The notes under the pieces: model-generated | Databases searched by the model: none | What the model was told of the DNA's origin: nothing | Seen by the model: the letters and a program-made list of their open reading frames with translations, nothing else | Made by a program: the position numbers and the translations under genes | Shown: in pieces, positions 1 to 9,520 of the stretch | Layout of the letters: the number at the start of each line of letters is the position of its first letter | Numbering within the stretch: the stretch's first letter is position 1 | DNA from: Myxococcota bacterium | Lineage (GTDB): Bacteria; Myxococcota_A; UBA9160; PR03 | Length of the DNA stretch: 64,000 bases | Direction: 5' to 3' | Assembly (NCBI GenBank): GCA_041611735.1 | Contig: JBFIML010000005.1 | Coordinates: 32,001-96,000 of the forward strand

Positions 1-85
1 GCTACCTGGGCGCGGCCTCCGCCTGCGTCCGACACGAGCTCGAGACGATGCTCGAGCGCGTCTGCGAGCACGAGGGCATCCGCGT

Positions 86-1591
86 ATGGCGAGGAAGCTC
101 GATTTGGAGACCGTCTGGATCTTCGGCGATCAGCTGAACCGCGACATCGCGAGCCTCGAGGGCGTGGAGCCCGGGGAGGCTCGCGTCCTCATGGTGGAGA
201 GTCAGAGCAAGCTGCGCTCGAGGCGCTGGCACCACCAGCGCCTGCATTTGGTCGTTACCGCCATGCGTCGCTTCGCCGCCGAGCTCGAGGGGGCGGGCTT
301 CGAGGTCGACTACCGGAAGGCGGCGACCCTGGAGAAGGGCCTCGCCTCCCACCGGCGCCGCTTCCGGTCGCCGAAGGTGCGCGCCATGGAGCCCAACGGC
401 TTTGACCTGCGGCGGCGTCTCGAGGACCTCGACGTGGAGCTCGTGCGCTCGAATCTGTTCCTCTGCCACTACGAGGACTTCGCCGGGTGGGCCAAGGGTC
501 AGAAGCGCCTGCGCATGGAGGACTTCTATCGCTGGCAGCGGACCCGCCTGGGCTACCTGATGGAGGACGGAAAGCCCGCCGGGGGCCGCTGGAACTTCGA
601 CGCCGACAATCGCGAGCCCCCGCCCCAGGGCGAGCCGCCCTGGAGCGCCCCGCCAAGGTCGAAGCTCGACGAGCTCGACGCTGCGGTCGTCGCGGCGCAA
701 CACCAGGATCTCATGGGCGAGGCGCCCAAGGGCCTCTGGGCCACCTCGCGGCGCTCGGCCCTCGCGCGCCTGCGGCGCTTCGTGAGCCAGGAGCTTCCCC
801 GCTTCGGCCCCCACGAGGACGCGATGACGCGGCGCTCCTGGCATCTCGCCCACTCGCTCCTCAGCCCCTATCTGAACCTCGGTCTACTTCGGCCCGGCGA
901 GGTCTGCGACGCCGTCCAGGCCGCCTACGACGAGGGTCGCGTTCCCATCGCTTCGGCGGAGGGATTCGTGCGCCAGGTGATCGGCTGGCGCGAGTACGTG
1001 TGGGGTGTCTACTGGCTCTGGATGCCCGAATACCGCGAGGAGAACGCCCTGGGCGCGAAGCGCGGCCTGCCGCCCGCCTTCCAGGACTCGAGTCGGACCC
1101 GAATGCGCTGTGTGGCCGAGACCGTGCGCGGCATCGAGGAGCACGGCTACGCCCACCACATCCAGCGTCTCATGGTGCTGGGCAACTTGTCGCTCCTCGC
1201 CGGCATCGAGCCCATGCAGGTCGTGGACTGGATGTGGGCCTCCTTCGTCGATGGAGCCGAGTGGGTGATGCTCCCGAACGTGCTCTCCATGGCGCTCTAC
1301 GCGGACGGCGGCCGCATGACGACGAAGCCCTACGCGTCCGGCGGGGCCTACATCTCCCGCATGAGCGACTACTGCGGGGCCTGTCCCTACGATCCCAAGC
1401 AGCGCGTGGGGGACGAGGCGTGCCCCTTCACCACGCTCTACTGGGACTTCCTCGCCCGCCACGAGAAGCGCCTCGCCGCGAACCCCCGGGTCGCTCGCCA
1501 GGTCCACGCCCTGAAGCGCCTGAGAGACCTGCCGGTGGTGCGCAAGCGAGCGCGAGAGATGCTCGAGCAGCTCGATCGAGGCGGGCTCTGA
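86..1591 (+). CDS. Cryptochrome/photolyase family protein, Fe-S bacterial (6-4) photolyase (FeS-BCP/PhrB-like)
   Basis: N-terminal GDQL; GWREYV; YAHHIQRLMVLGN; KPYASGGAYISRMSDYCGACPY...ACPFTTLYWDFL with the four Fe-S Cys (MRC, CxxC, ACPF). Confidence 0.93.
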   Translation: MARKLDLETVWIFGDQLNRDIASLEGVEPGEARVLMVESQSKLRSRRWHHQRLHLVVTAMRRFAAELEGAGFEVDYRKAATLEKGLASHRRRFRSPKVRAMEPNGFDLRRRLEDLDVELVRSNLFLCHYEDFAGWAKGQKRLRMEDFYRWQRTRLGYLMEDGKPAGGRWNFDADNREPPPQGEPPWSAPPRSKLDELDAAVVAAQHQDLMGEAPKGLWATSRRSALARLRRFVSQELPRFGPHEDAMTRRSWHLAHSLLSPYLNLGLLRPGEVCDAVQAAYDEGRVPIASAEGFVRQVIGWREYVWGVYWLWMPEYREENALGAKRGLPPAFQDSSRTRMRCVAETVRGIEEHGYAHHIQRLMVLGNLSLLAGIEPMQVVDWMWASFVDGAEWVMLPNVLSMALYADGGRMTTKPYASGGAYISRMSDYCGACPYDPKQRVGDEACPFTTLYWDFLARHEKRLAANPRVARQVHALKRLRDLPVVRKRAREMLEQLDRGGL

Positions 1592-1608
1592 GAGCCCCAT
1601 CCCCAGGG

Positions 1609-1895
1609 CGCCTCGACGGCTGGTACGCCTACCGCGCATCGAAAGCCGCCCAGAACATGTTCACGCGTACGCTCGCCGTCGAGCTCGCACGGCCGGCGCA
1701 GAGCGCGATCTGCGTGGCGCTGCATCCGGGCACCGTCGACACGGATCTCTCGCGTCCCTTCCAGCGCAGCGTCGCGCCCGTACGACTGTTCGATCCCGAC
1801 CGGCCGCGCGCCAGCTCCTGGCGGTGAACGACGGCCTGACGCTCGAGCAAAGCGGGAGCTTCCTGGCCTGGGACGGCGCGCCGATCCCCTGGTAG
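1609..1895 (+). pseudogene. C-terminal remnant of a CsgA/C-factor-like short-chain dehydrogenase
   Basis: GWYAYRASKAAQNMFTRTLAVE...ALHPGTVDTDLSRPF, then after a -1 shift near 1803 AARQLLAVNDGLTLEQSGSFLAWDGAPIPW*; no start codon or Rossmann N-terminus. Confidence 0.85.
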
Positions 1896-1922
1896 GACGA
1901 AGGGACGGGTAGGTCCCCTGGG

Positions 1923-3155
1923 TCAGCGCGCTGACAGCAGGCGCACGCGGCTCAGGCGAACCCAGGAGGACGGCGACCTCAAAGCAGGCCAGGCCAGCTG
2001 ACGCGCGGCCCGGTGAAGACGCCGTGCAGCGGCGGGGGCGGCGTCCCGCACGGACCGCCGGTCGATCTGCGCCATCACCAGCTCGAACACCCCCTCTTTT
2101 GCGGCCGACAGCGGTGGCCCTGCCAGGGCGAGCTGCCCGGCGACCAGAAAGCAGGAGAGGTCGCCGAAGGAGACCAGGGTGGGCTTGCCGGCGGGGCGGA
2201 AAGGCCGCAGCGAGCTCGGGTCGAGAAGCCGGCGGACGTTTCGGGCGGCGTGACGTCCCATGTCGAGCGCATGGTAGGCCTGCTTCTCGAGAGGCGAGGG
2301 GAGCTCCGCGGCGTCGCCCGCGACGAAGACCTCCGGAGCGACCGCGCTCCTCAACGACGCTTCGACCGGCGCCCAGGCTCCCGGCTTCGGGGCGAGCCCG
2401 GAGGCGGCCAGCACGGGGGGCGCCGTGGGACCGCCCGTCCAGATCGTGGCCGCCGAGGGGAGGATCCGCCCCCCGGCAAGCGCCACGGCGCCGGCTTGGA
2501 CCTTCGAGACGGCCGCGCCCGTGTGGAAGTGAACGTCGAAGCCTCGGCACAGGCGCCGCACGTGCCGATCCAGGCTCGGAGGCGCTTCCGGCAGCAGGCG
2601 AGCCCGAGCCTCGACGAGGTGGATCCGGAATGCGCTGCTCTGGCGCCAGCGCCTCAGCATCTCTCCCAACGCCTCGACGCCCTCCAGGCCCCCTCCCACG
2701 ATCACGACCTCGTGCGGCCCGTCCTCGGTAGCCAGCTCCTCGAGCCGTCGGCCGATCCGTGCGCATTCGTCCACGGACTTGAAGAGGAGGGCATGGGTCT
2801 CGACACCCGGGACGCCATGGGTGGCGTTCACGCCGCCGAGGGCCACGATGAGCGCGTCGTAGGGGAGCGGCCGGCGATCCTCGAGGTGGACGCGCCGCTC
2901 GGCGAGGTCGATGCCTTCGACTCCGGCCCGCACGAAGCGGTGACCGGCATCGCGCACGATGCGATCGCGGGGGAGCCGGAGCAGGCGAGGCGTCTTCACG
3001 CCCGACACGAGCTCGTGGATGTTCGGCAGGAACTCGAAGTGGCGGGTACGGTCGACGAGCGTGACACGCCATTCAGCGGGTAGCTCGGCCGCGGCGGCGA
3101 GACCGGCGAAGCCGCCGCCGAGGACCACGACGCGGGGGGACGCGAGGCGTGTCAC
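1923..3155 (-). CDS. NAD(P)/FAD-dependent oxidoreductase (type II NADH dehydrogenase-like)
   Basis: GTG start overlapping the upstream TGA; VVVLGGGFAGL, second Rossmann IVGGGLEGVE, VFVAGDAA. Confidence 0.85.
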   Translation of the reverse strand: MTRLASPRVVVLGGGFAGLAAAAELPAEWRVTLVDRTRHFEFLPNIHELVSGVKTPRLLRLPRDRIVRDAGHRFVRAGVEGIDLAERRVHLEDRRPLPYDALIVALGGVNATHGVPGVETHALLFKSVDECARIGRRLEELATEDGPHEVVIVGGGLEGVEALGEMLRRWRQSSAFRIHLVEARARLLPEAPPSLDRHVRRLCRGFDVHFHTGAAVSKVQAGAVALAGGRILPSAATIWTGGPTAPPVLAASGLAPKPGAWAPVEASLRSAVAPEVFVAGDAAELPSPLEKQAYHALDMGRHAARNVRRLLDPSSLRPFRPAGKPTLVSFGDLSCFLVAGQLALAGPPLSAAKEGVFELVMAQIDRRSVRDAAPAAARRLHRAARQLAWPALRSPSSWVRLSRVRLLSAR

Positions 3156-4144
3156 TCCGTGTCCCCGAGCATTCGTGCGCCCAGCGCGAGCCCACTGGTC
3201 CACGCGCTCTCGACCCGATCGCCCCCGCACCAGTCCCCGCAGGCGCCCAGGCCCGCGGCTTCGGCGTAGAGGTGCGAAGCGGGGAGCGGACGCGTGACGC
3301 GGGCGAAGCGCCAGCGCTGACCCGCCAGGTGCTTCACGGCGGGAAGTGGACGACCCAGTGTAGCCCCGAGGGCGGAGACGAGATCGCGCGCGAAGCTCTC
3401 CGGCTCGGTCTCGAGATAGGTCGCGCTCCAGCCGGCAGCCGCGTGCAGCACCCAACGTTCGCCTCCGCCTCGCTGGGGCTTGGAAGAGTCGCGGGCCACC
3501 CAGGAGAGCGGGCTGGCCTCGACGAACGCTCCGTCGAAGGCTGCCTCGACGTCGGCCTCGAAGCCGACCATGGCTGCCAGGCATGGCGCCATCTCGGCCT
3601 CGGAGGCGCGCGCGGCGAGCTCGGGCACTGGCGCGAGGAGCGGCCAAGCCTGGGGCGCCGGCGTGGCGACCGCCACGGCCCCGAACGGCCCGTGGGACTG
3701 CCCGTCCGCGTCGCGGAGCGACCAGCGCCCCGCTTCGCCTTCGAGCGCCTGGATGCGGACGCCGCAGCGCACATCGAGCGTGCGCGCCAGGTGCCGCGCC
3801 AGACTGCTCATTCGCGGAATGGCGACGAACCGCTTCGCGCTCGACGGACGCACGGCGACGCTCCCGCCGGCGAGATCCACGATGCGACCGGTCCACGGGG
3901 CGACGACGCTCTCCCCGACCCAGCCGTGGGCGGTCTTCGCGAACTCCGGATCCCGGGCGGTGAAGTACTGGGCGCCGTGGTCGAAAGCGCCGGCATCGCT
4001 GCGACGTGTGGAGATGCGACCGCCCGGCGCTCGCGCCTTCTCGAAGACTACGACCGCCGCGCCGGCCCGGGCCAGGGTGCTCGCACAGGCGAGTCCGGCG
4101 ACGCCCGCGCCAACGATCGCGACGCTTCGCGCCGTGCTCGTCAC
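3152..4144 (-). CDS. Renalase-like FAD-dependent oxidoreductase
   Basis: VAIVGAGVAGL..VFEKARAPGGRISTRR..FDHGAQYFTAR; C-terminal GACGDWC...VESAWTSG. Confidence 0.9.
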   Translation of the reverse strand: MTSTARSVAIVGAGVAGLACASTLARAGAAVVVFEKARAPGGRISTRRSDAGAFDHGAQYFTARDPEFAKTAHGWVGESVVAPWTGRIVDLAGGSVAVRPSSAKRFVAIPRMSSLARHLARTLDVRCGVRIQALEGEAGRWSLRDADGQSHGPFGAVAVATPAPQAWPLLAPVPELAARASEAEMAPCLAAMVGFEADVEAAFDGAFVEASPLSWVARDSSKPQRGGGERWVLHAAAGWSATYLETEPESFARDLVSALGATLGRPLPAVKHLAGQRWRFARVTRPLPASHLYAEAAGLGACGDWCGGDRVESAWTSGLALGARMLGDTE

Positions 4145-4926
4145 AAGGGGTTGCCGCAGACGCGCTCGTAGGCCCCGCGCACGTCGTAGCTGCCGCCGAG
4201 GGCGCCCAGGTGATCGTAGAGGGCGGCCAGGTAGCAGCCGAGGGCCAGGAAGTTCGGGTGGAGCGACGCGCCGGCGTCGCGGCAGCGAACGAACACGTCG
4301 TGGAAGGACGTCTGGAAGCTCTTCGGGTCGAACTGCACCTCGCGTTGGTCGCCGTCGCCGAAGTGGTGCCGGAAGGAATCCCGCGCGGGCTCGAGTCTGA
4401 GGTCGGCGAGGGCCGCGTCGAAGAGCTCGTCGTCGCCGGAGTAGAAGCCGGCGTAGACCCGGCGTATCGCGTCGAGGAAGGACGCGTCCCAGCGGATCCA
4501 GTAGGGCCCTGGGTGCCAGACCAGGGTCTCACCGCCGCCCAGGAAGCGGTCGAGGCGCAGGTCGATCACGGCCGACTCGTGGGCCACGAGCTGCCCGAAG
4601 TAGATCTCCAGCACGCGCTGCCCGCGGGCTCGACGTCCGGAGTCGTCCAGGTCGCGGTGCGCATCGGGCTCGGCCGCCTCGCCCCCCGCGTAGAGCTCCA
4701 CCGCCACGCCTCGTCGCTCGAGCGCGGCCTCGACCTCCTCGGCGAGGTCGCGAAAGCCGGACCGGTCGGAGGCGTTGCCGAGCAGCTCGCGCCCCTGACG
4801 CAGCAGCGCCCGGGCGGGCATCACGTCGAAGAAGGAGGGCGACACGAAATCCGCGAGCTGCTTCCACTCCGCACCGCCCAGCGTGCGGCGGATCAGACCC
4901 TCGGCGCTGCGAGCCCAGCGGAACAC
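4141..4926 (-). CDS. Hypothetical protein (start uncertain)
   Basis: Protein-like composition; stop overlaps the renalase start (GTGA coupling); GTG at 4926 chosen tentatively. Confidence 0.65.
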   Translation of the reverse strand: MFRWARSAEGLIRRTLGGAEWKQLADFVSPSFFDVMPARALLRQGRELLGNASDRSGFRDLAEEVEAALERRGVAVELYAGGEAAEPDAHRDLDDSGRRARGQRVLEIYFGQLVAHESAVIDLRLDRFLGGGETLVWHPGPYWIRWDASFLDAIRRVYAGFYSGDDELFDAALADLRLEPARDSFRHHFGDGDQREVQFDPKSFQTSFHDVFVRCRDAGASLHPNFLALGCYLAALYDHLGALGGSYDVRGAYERVCGNPL

Positions 4927-5091
4927 ACCAACGAGGGTTCCTCCGGGTCGACCCCCCGTCAAGGTCTGGACAGCTATGTTCTTCTGGTGCCCAGGGAGCC
5001 GCAAGTCAGACGCGAGGCGGACCGTGTTGCCGCGGCCGTCGCCGGTCGCAGAGCCGAGCGCTGCTGCAAGTTCGAGCGCACGAGCCGCCTC

Positions 5092-5946
5092 GTGCTGGCT
5101 ACACTCATCGGCGTCGCTTGCCTGGCGGCCTACGCGGACGACGTCGCCCGAGGTGACGCGGCGTGGGCCGGCCGCGCGGAGGGCGAGCGGGAAGGGCGCC
5201 CGATGCCCGGGCCCATCCGCGAGGCCGTGCGCGCTTACGAGAGCGCGCTCGCGGCGAGCCCCGAGAGCCTGGAAGCGCGCTGGAAGCTGCTTCGCGCGCT
5301 CCACTTCGAGGGAGAGTTCGCCGCGCAGGAAGCGGAGGACAAGCGCACGGTCTTCGGTCGAGCCCGGGAGGTCTCCGAAGAAGGGCTGGGCCTGCTGGCA
5401 GACCAGGTCGGCGCCGGCGTGCGGCTCGACGACCTGGAGACCGGGGACGTCGCGAGTCGCCTCGCGGCCTCGGGCTTGCCGCCGACCGGGGTGGCACGGC
5501 TCTACTTCTGGTCGGCGATCAACTGGGGAGCCTGGAGCCAGCAAGTCGGCCTGCTCCGGGCGGTCCGGCAGGGAGTGGCGAATCGGCTGTACCGGTACAC
5601 GGAGATCGCGATCGCGCTCGAGCCCGACTACGACGAGGGAGGCGCCCTGCGTCTCCTGGGCCGGTTGCACGCCGAGCTGCCCCGGGTGCCCTTCGTATCG
5701 GGCTGGGTCGACCGGAGGCAGGCGCTTCCGCTGATCGAGCGAGCCCACGCCCTGGCCCCGAACAATCCCGGCAACCGCCTGCTCCTGGCCCTCACCCTCC
5801 TCGACCTCGCTCCCGAGCGGCGCGCCGAGGCGCTGGGGCTCCTGGAGCAGGTCCAGGAGCTGACGCCCCGTGCCTCCATGCGCGTCGAGGACCTCGCCAT
5901 GCGCCGGGAGGCCCGGGAACGCCTCGCCACAGAGCGGGGCGGCTGA
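5092..5946 (+). CDS. Secreted TPR-like helical protein (TatT-like)
   Basis: Hydrophobic signal VLATLIGVACLAAYA; helical repeats; YFWSAINWGAW, LEPDYDEGGALRLLGRLHAELP; start uncertain. Confidence 0.7.
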   Translation: MLATLIGVACLAAYADDVARGDAAWAGRAEGEREGRPMPGPIREAVRAYESALAASPESLEARWKLLRALHFEGEFAAQEAEDKRTVFGRAREVSEEGLGLLADQVGAGVRLDDLETGDVASRLAASGLPPTGVARLYFWSAINWGAWSQQVGLLRAVRQGVANRLYRYTEIAIALEPDYDEGGALRLLGRLHAELPRVPFVSGWVDRRQALPLIERAHALAPNNPGNRLLLALTLLDLAPERRAEALGLLEQVQELTPRASMRVEDLAMRREARERLATERGG

Positions 5947-5960
5947 GCTAGACCTATCCC

Positions 5961-6836
5961 ATGAAGAAGGCCACGGCCCAGGCCGTCCTCTCGATCCCGG
6001 TGATCCTGCTGGTCGCGGCCGCCGTGGGCTGGGCGGGGAGCCAGGGCGGGCAGCGGTTCGGGGCGGTGCCGGTCTTCGCGCTGTGCGGCGCCTTTTGCTT
6101 CGCCCTGAACTGGCTGGTCTTCGTTCCCTCCTACGCCGCCCACACGGAGCGTTACTTCGACCTCACCGGCAGCCTCACCTACCTCGGAGCCATCGCCTGC
6201 GGGGTCGCCCTGGGAAGCCGTGATCCGCGCGCGCTGCTGCTGGCGGTGCTGGTCGGTGTCTGGGCGCTACGCCTCGGCAGCTTCCTGTTCCGGCGCATCC
6301 GCCGCGACGGCGTGGACCGTCGCTTCGACGCGCTCAAGGTCGACTTCACGCGCTTCCTTTTGACCTGGACGCTCCAGGGCCTGTGGGTCTTCCTCACCGT
6401 CTCGTGCGCGCTCGCCGCCATCACGGCAGCGGTGCCGACGCCCCTGGGCCCGACGGCGGCGCTGGGAGCCGCCGTCTGGATCGTCGGCTTCGCGATCGAG
6501 GCCATCGCCGACCGCCAGAAGGCAGCCTTCCGGGGGGATCCGGCGAACCGCGACCGCTTCATCGCCACGGGTCTGTGGGCCTGGTCGCGCCATCCCAACT
6601 ACTGCGGGGAGATCCTGCTCTGGATCGGGGTGGCGCTGATCGCCGTCCCTGCGCTCTCGGGCTGGCAGCTAGTGACGCTGATCTCCCCGGTCTTCGTGTA
6701 CGTCCTGCTGACCCGCATCAGCGGGATCCCGCTTCTCGAGTCGCGGTCCGATGCCAAGTGGGGCGACGACCCGGACTACCAGGCCTACAAGGCACGCACG
6801 CCCGTGCTGTGGCTCCGGCCCCCGGCCTCGAGTTGA
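5961..6836 (+). CDS. DUF1295 membrane protein (steroid 5-alpha-reductase-like)
   Basis: Multi-TM; WALRLGSFLFRRI..DRRF; EAIADRQK; GLWAWSRHPNYCGE; SGIPLLE. Confidence 0.92.
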   Translation: MKKATAQAVLSIPVILLVAAAVGWAGSQGGQRFGAVPVFALCGAFCFALNWLVFVPSYAAHTERYFDLTGSLTYLGAIACGVALGSRDPRALLLAVLVGVWALRLGSFLFRRIRRDGVDRRFDALKVDFTRFLLTWTLQGLWVFLTVSCALAAITAAVPTPLGPTAALGAAVWIVGFAIEAIADRQKAAFRGDPANRDRFIATGLWAWSRHPNYCGEILLWIGVALIAVPALSGWQLVTLISPVFVYVLLTRISGIPLLESRSDAKWGDDPDYQAYKARTPVLWLRPPASS

Positions 6837-8176
6837 GCCCGACGACCGTCCGCCATCCCCCTCTCCGGCTCGCCACCTATGCGCTTCCCTCCCTGGTCAG
6901 CTCCGTGGCCGCGCTGCCCCTGGCGCTCTTCGTCCCGGCGTTCTACGCCGACGACCTCGGCGTGCCGCTGGCGGCCGTCGGCATGGCGATCGCCGCCTCG
7001 CGCCTGCTCGACGTCGTCACGGACCCGCTGATCGGCATCGCCAGCGATCGGCTGGCGCTCGGCTGGGGGCGGCGCAAGCCGTGGATGGTGCTCGGGACGC
7101 CGCTCTTCGCCGTGGCGCTGTGGCAGATCTTCGTGCCGGGCGAGACCGCGAGTGCGGGCAGCCTGCTCGGCTGGTCGGCGCTCCTCTACCTCGGCTTTAC
7201 GCTGATCGACCTGCCCCACAAGGCCTGGGGCGCCGAGCTCTCCCCCGACTACGACGAGCGCTCCCGCATCACGAGCTGGCGAGAGGGCCTCTCGGCCGTC
7301 GGCCAGGTGGCGCTCCTCGCCGTCCTCGTGGCGTGGGCCGCCGGAGGAGTCAGCGACGCAGCCGAGCAGCTGCGGGGCATCGCGCTGGTGGTCGTGATCG
7401 CGCTGCCGCTGCTGGTGGCCGCGGCAGTGATGGGTGTTCCGGAGGGCCCACGAGAGGGCTTCGCCCACGAGCGCCGTGGCATCTTCGAAGGTCTTCGCCT
7501 GGTCGCCCGCAACCCGGCCTTCCGCCGCATGATCGGCTGCGTGGTCTTCTTCGTATCCGGGATCGCGATCCAGGGCACCCTGCATCGCCTCGTCCTCGCC
7601 GATGTGATGCACGACGAGGGGCGCTTCCCGCTGATGCTCCTAGTCGAGAATCTCGCCACCCTCGCCGCGGTGCCGGTCTGGCTGCGCACCTCGCTCGCAA
7701 CGGGCAAGCACCGCGCGCTGGTGGCGGCCGCGCTGTGGCTCGCGGTCTTCAGCGTCCCCCTCGTCTTCCTGCGCGAGGGCGACACGGCGGCGTTGATCGT
7801 CCTCATCGCGATCCGGGGCTCGAGCTTCGCCTCGATCCTGTTCCTCGCGAACTCCATCGCTGCAGACGTGATCGACCTGGACACGCTCGCGTCGGGCGAG
7901 CAGCGCTCGGGCCTCTTCTTCGCAGTCTGGGGCATGACCACGAAGCTGTCCCTGGCCCTCGGCGTCCTGCTCGGGACGGCTCTGCCGGCAGCGTTCGGCT
8001 ACGACCCGTCCGTGGAAGGCGCAGCGCCCGCCGTCCAGGCCCGACTGATGGCGTTCTATGGCGGGGTCCCCGCGCTGCTCATGACGATCGGGGCGCTCTT
8101 CCTGCGCGGCTTTCCGGTCACCCGCGAGCGTCACGCCGCCGTGCGGGCTGAGATCGCGAGACGCACGGGCTCCTAG
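6833..8176 (+). CDS. MFS transporter (GPH/MelB-like family)
   Basis: TTG overlapping the DUF1295 stop; DVVTDPLIGIASDR..GRRKPW; WGAELSPDYDERSRI; ADVIDLD..GEQRSGLFF. Confidence 0.88.
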   Translation: MSPTTVRHPPLRLATYALPSLVSSVAALPLALFVPAFYADDLGVPLAAVGMAIAASRLLDVVTDPLIGIASDRLALGWGRRKPWMVLGTPLFAVALWQIFVPGETASAGSLLGWSALLYLGFTLIDLPHKAWGAELSPDYDERSRITSWREGLSAVGQVALLAVLVAWAAGGVSDAAEQLRGIALVVVIALPLLVAAAVMGVPEGPREGFAHERRGIFEGLRLVARNPAFRRMIGCVVFFVSGIAIQGTLHRLVLADVMHDEGRFPLMLLVENLATLAAVPVWLRTSLATGKHRALVAAALWLAVFSVPLVFLREGDTAALIVLIAIRGSSFASILFLANSIAADVIDLDTLASGEQRSGLFFAVWGMTTKLSLALGVLLGTALPAAFGYDPSVEGAAPAVQARLMAFYGGVPALLMTIGALFLRGFPVTRERHAAVRAEIARRTGS

Positions 8177-8265
8177 ACAAGCCGGTCGCCGTGTCTCGCT
8201 TCGAGCTTCGCGCGATAGTCGAGGTCTAGCGCTCGCGCCCCGCCCGGCGGCGCGAGCGGGCCGGC

Positions 8266-8673
8266 CTAGCGCGGATCCAGCCTGAGGAACTGTCTCGGCG
8301 CGAAGCCGGTGAAGACGTAGCCGACCAGCGGAAACCCCGACTCGTCGAGAAGGCGTCTGCGTTCCTCCTCGCTGACAGGGATTGCGCGGTAGTCAGTGAT
8401 CTCGCCCCTGCGGGTCACACTGACATCTGGATTCTTGAGCGCGCGGTGGTACCACGCGCGCGGCCAGTGGTTCGCAGAGACGTAGAGCCGACCGTCGTGG
8501 TCGAGGGGCGATAGGACCCGCTCGTAGGACTTCCCGTCCGTGCCGGTCGTGGTGATGACGATCGTCTCCACCCCGATGTTCTCCGGCTGAAACACGACTA
8601 ACGCGGTTATGCAGCCGGTGTGAGCAGCCGCGAGAATGCAAAGGCTCAGGGTGGCAACGTATCGGAGGTGCAT
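8266..8673 (-). CDS. Nitroreductase/deazaflavin-dependent oxidoreductase-like (split barrel) protein
   Basis: ITTTG..RVLSPLDHDGRLYVSANHWPRAWYHRALKNPDVSV..FLRLDPR; SD GAGG upstream of ATG. Confidence 0.65.
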   Translation of the reverse strand: MHLRYVATLSLCILAAAHTGCITALVVFQPENIGVETIVITTTGTDGKSYERVLSPLDHDGRLYVSANHWPRAWYHRALKNPDVSVTRRGEITDYRAIPVSEEERRRLLDESGFPLVGYVFTGFAPRQFLRLDPR

Positions 8674-8980
8674 GGTGCCTCTTGTGGTCCCGCCACAGTC
8701 TACCGCTCCGCCCCTGGGCGTTCTTCTATTGCGACGCGACCGTGGCTTGGCGAGCCGAGGCGAGGCCCAGCGCAGCGTTGGACGGGTGTCGGGATCGAGC
8801 TCGGTCTAGAAGCGCCTCTCGACGCCCAGGATGGGGGTGCGCTCGGGCTCGCTCTCCGCATCCTGTCCGGACGAGCGCCGGGCCGACCTGGCCGCTGCGT
8901 CGAAGCCGGCGAGCACCTGCCGGGTAAGCTGCTCCGTCCTCCCCGCCCGATAGGTCGCGGTTCCGGGGACGGCCATCGCC

Positions 8981-9061
8981 TTGCTGGGCTTCGGCATGCG
9001 CTCCTGGCGCTATTCGATGCTCGTGAACGACGGCAAGATTGAGAAGATGTTCGTGGAGCCT
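8981..9061 (+). pseudogene. Peroxiredoxin (Prx5 type) C-terminal fragment
   Basis: [26 protein letters not shown] is the conserved Prx5 C-terminal segment; the rest of the gene is absent. Confidence 0.8.
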
Positions 9062-9303
9062 CTGCGCATCATGGACATCATCGAGGCCAGCGGGACCGGC
9101 TTTGCCTTCCCCTCCCAGACGCTCTTTCTCGGCCGGGACGAGGCCCCGGCGAAGCAGCGCGCGGGGGAGATCGCCGACGAGGTCAGGGCCTGGCGCGAGC
9201 GCAACGAGCTCTACCTCCCGGTCTTCCGGCGGCTCGGATCGCGGCGCTCGAGAACACGGTCCGGTTCCCTCCTCAGGGATCACCGGACCACAGAGCCGGC
9301 TGA
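9062..9303 (+). pseudogene. MscS mechanosensitive channel C-terminal fragment
   Basis: [26 protein letters not shown]...[13 protein letters not shown], continuing after a -1 shift near 9227 as [18 protein letters not shown]. Confidence 0.75.
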
Positions 9304-9507
9304 CGCTCGGGCGGGAGCTCCCGGATCGGAGGTCGAGCGCCGGCGCGCGGCCTCGACGTACTGCTCCAGGTCCTCCGGGTCGTAGCGGACCGCGCCTCCC
9401 AGCTTGAGGAAGGGCGGTCCGTTGCCCTGGAGTCGCCACTTCTGCAGCGTGCGGACGCTCAGCCCCAGCCGCTGGGAGGCGTCGCGTTCGGTCAGCAGCT
9501 CCGCCAT
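9280..9507 (-). CDS. Excisionase/AlpA-like helix-turn-helix DNA-binding protein
   Basis: [47 protein letters not shown], typical of phage/ICE HTH_17 proteins. Confidence 0.88.
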   Translation of the reverse strand: MAELLTERDASQRLGLSVRTLQKWRLQGNGPPFLKLGGAVRYDPEDLEQYVEAARRRSTSDPGAPARASAGSVVR

Positions 9508-9520
9508 GCCCGAGGCCATC

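Noticed and set aside
1-138. Possible 3' end of an upstream CDS (YLGAASACVRHELETMLERVC...)
   Set aside because: Too short to identify or support
1252-1260. TGGAGCCGA match to the tRNA-Thr 3' end as a possible att site
   Set aside because: Only 9 nt and inside the intact photolyase gene; expected by chance
1609-1895. SDR fragment as a genetically encoded Myxococcus C-signal (p17-like) protein
   Set aside because: No start codon or SD, and too much of the N-terminus is missing; better explained as a deletion remnant
8806-8997. 63-aa minus-strand ORF ending PILGVERRF, like a beta-barrel C-terminal signal
   Set aside because: No other supporting motif; it lies in degraded sequence
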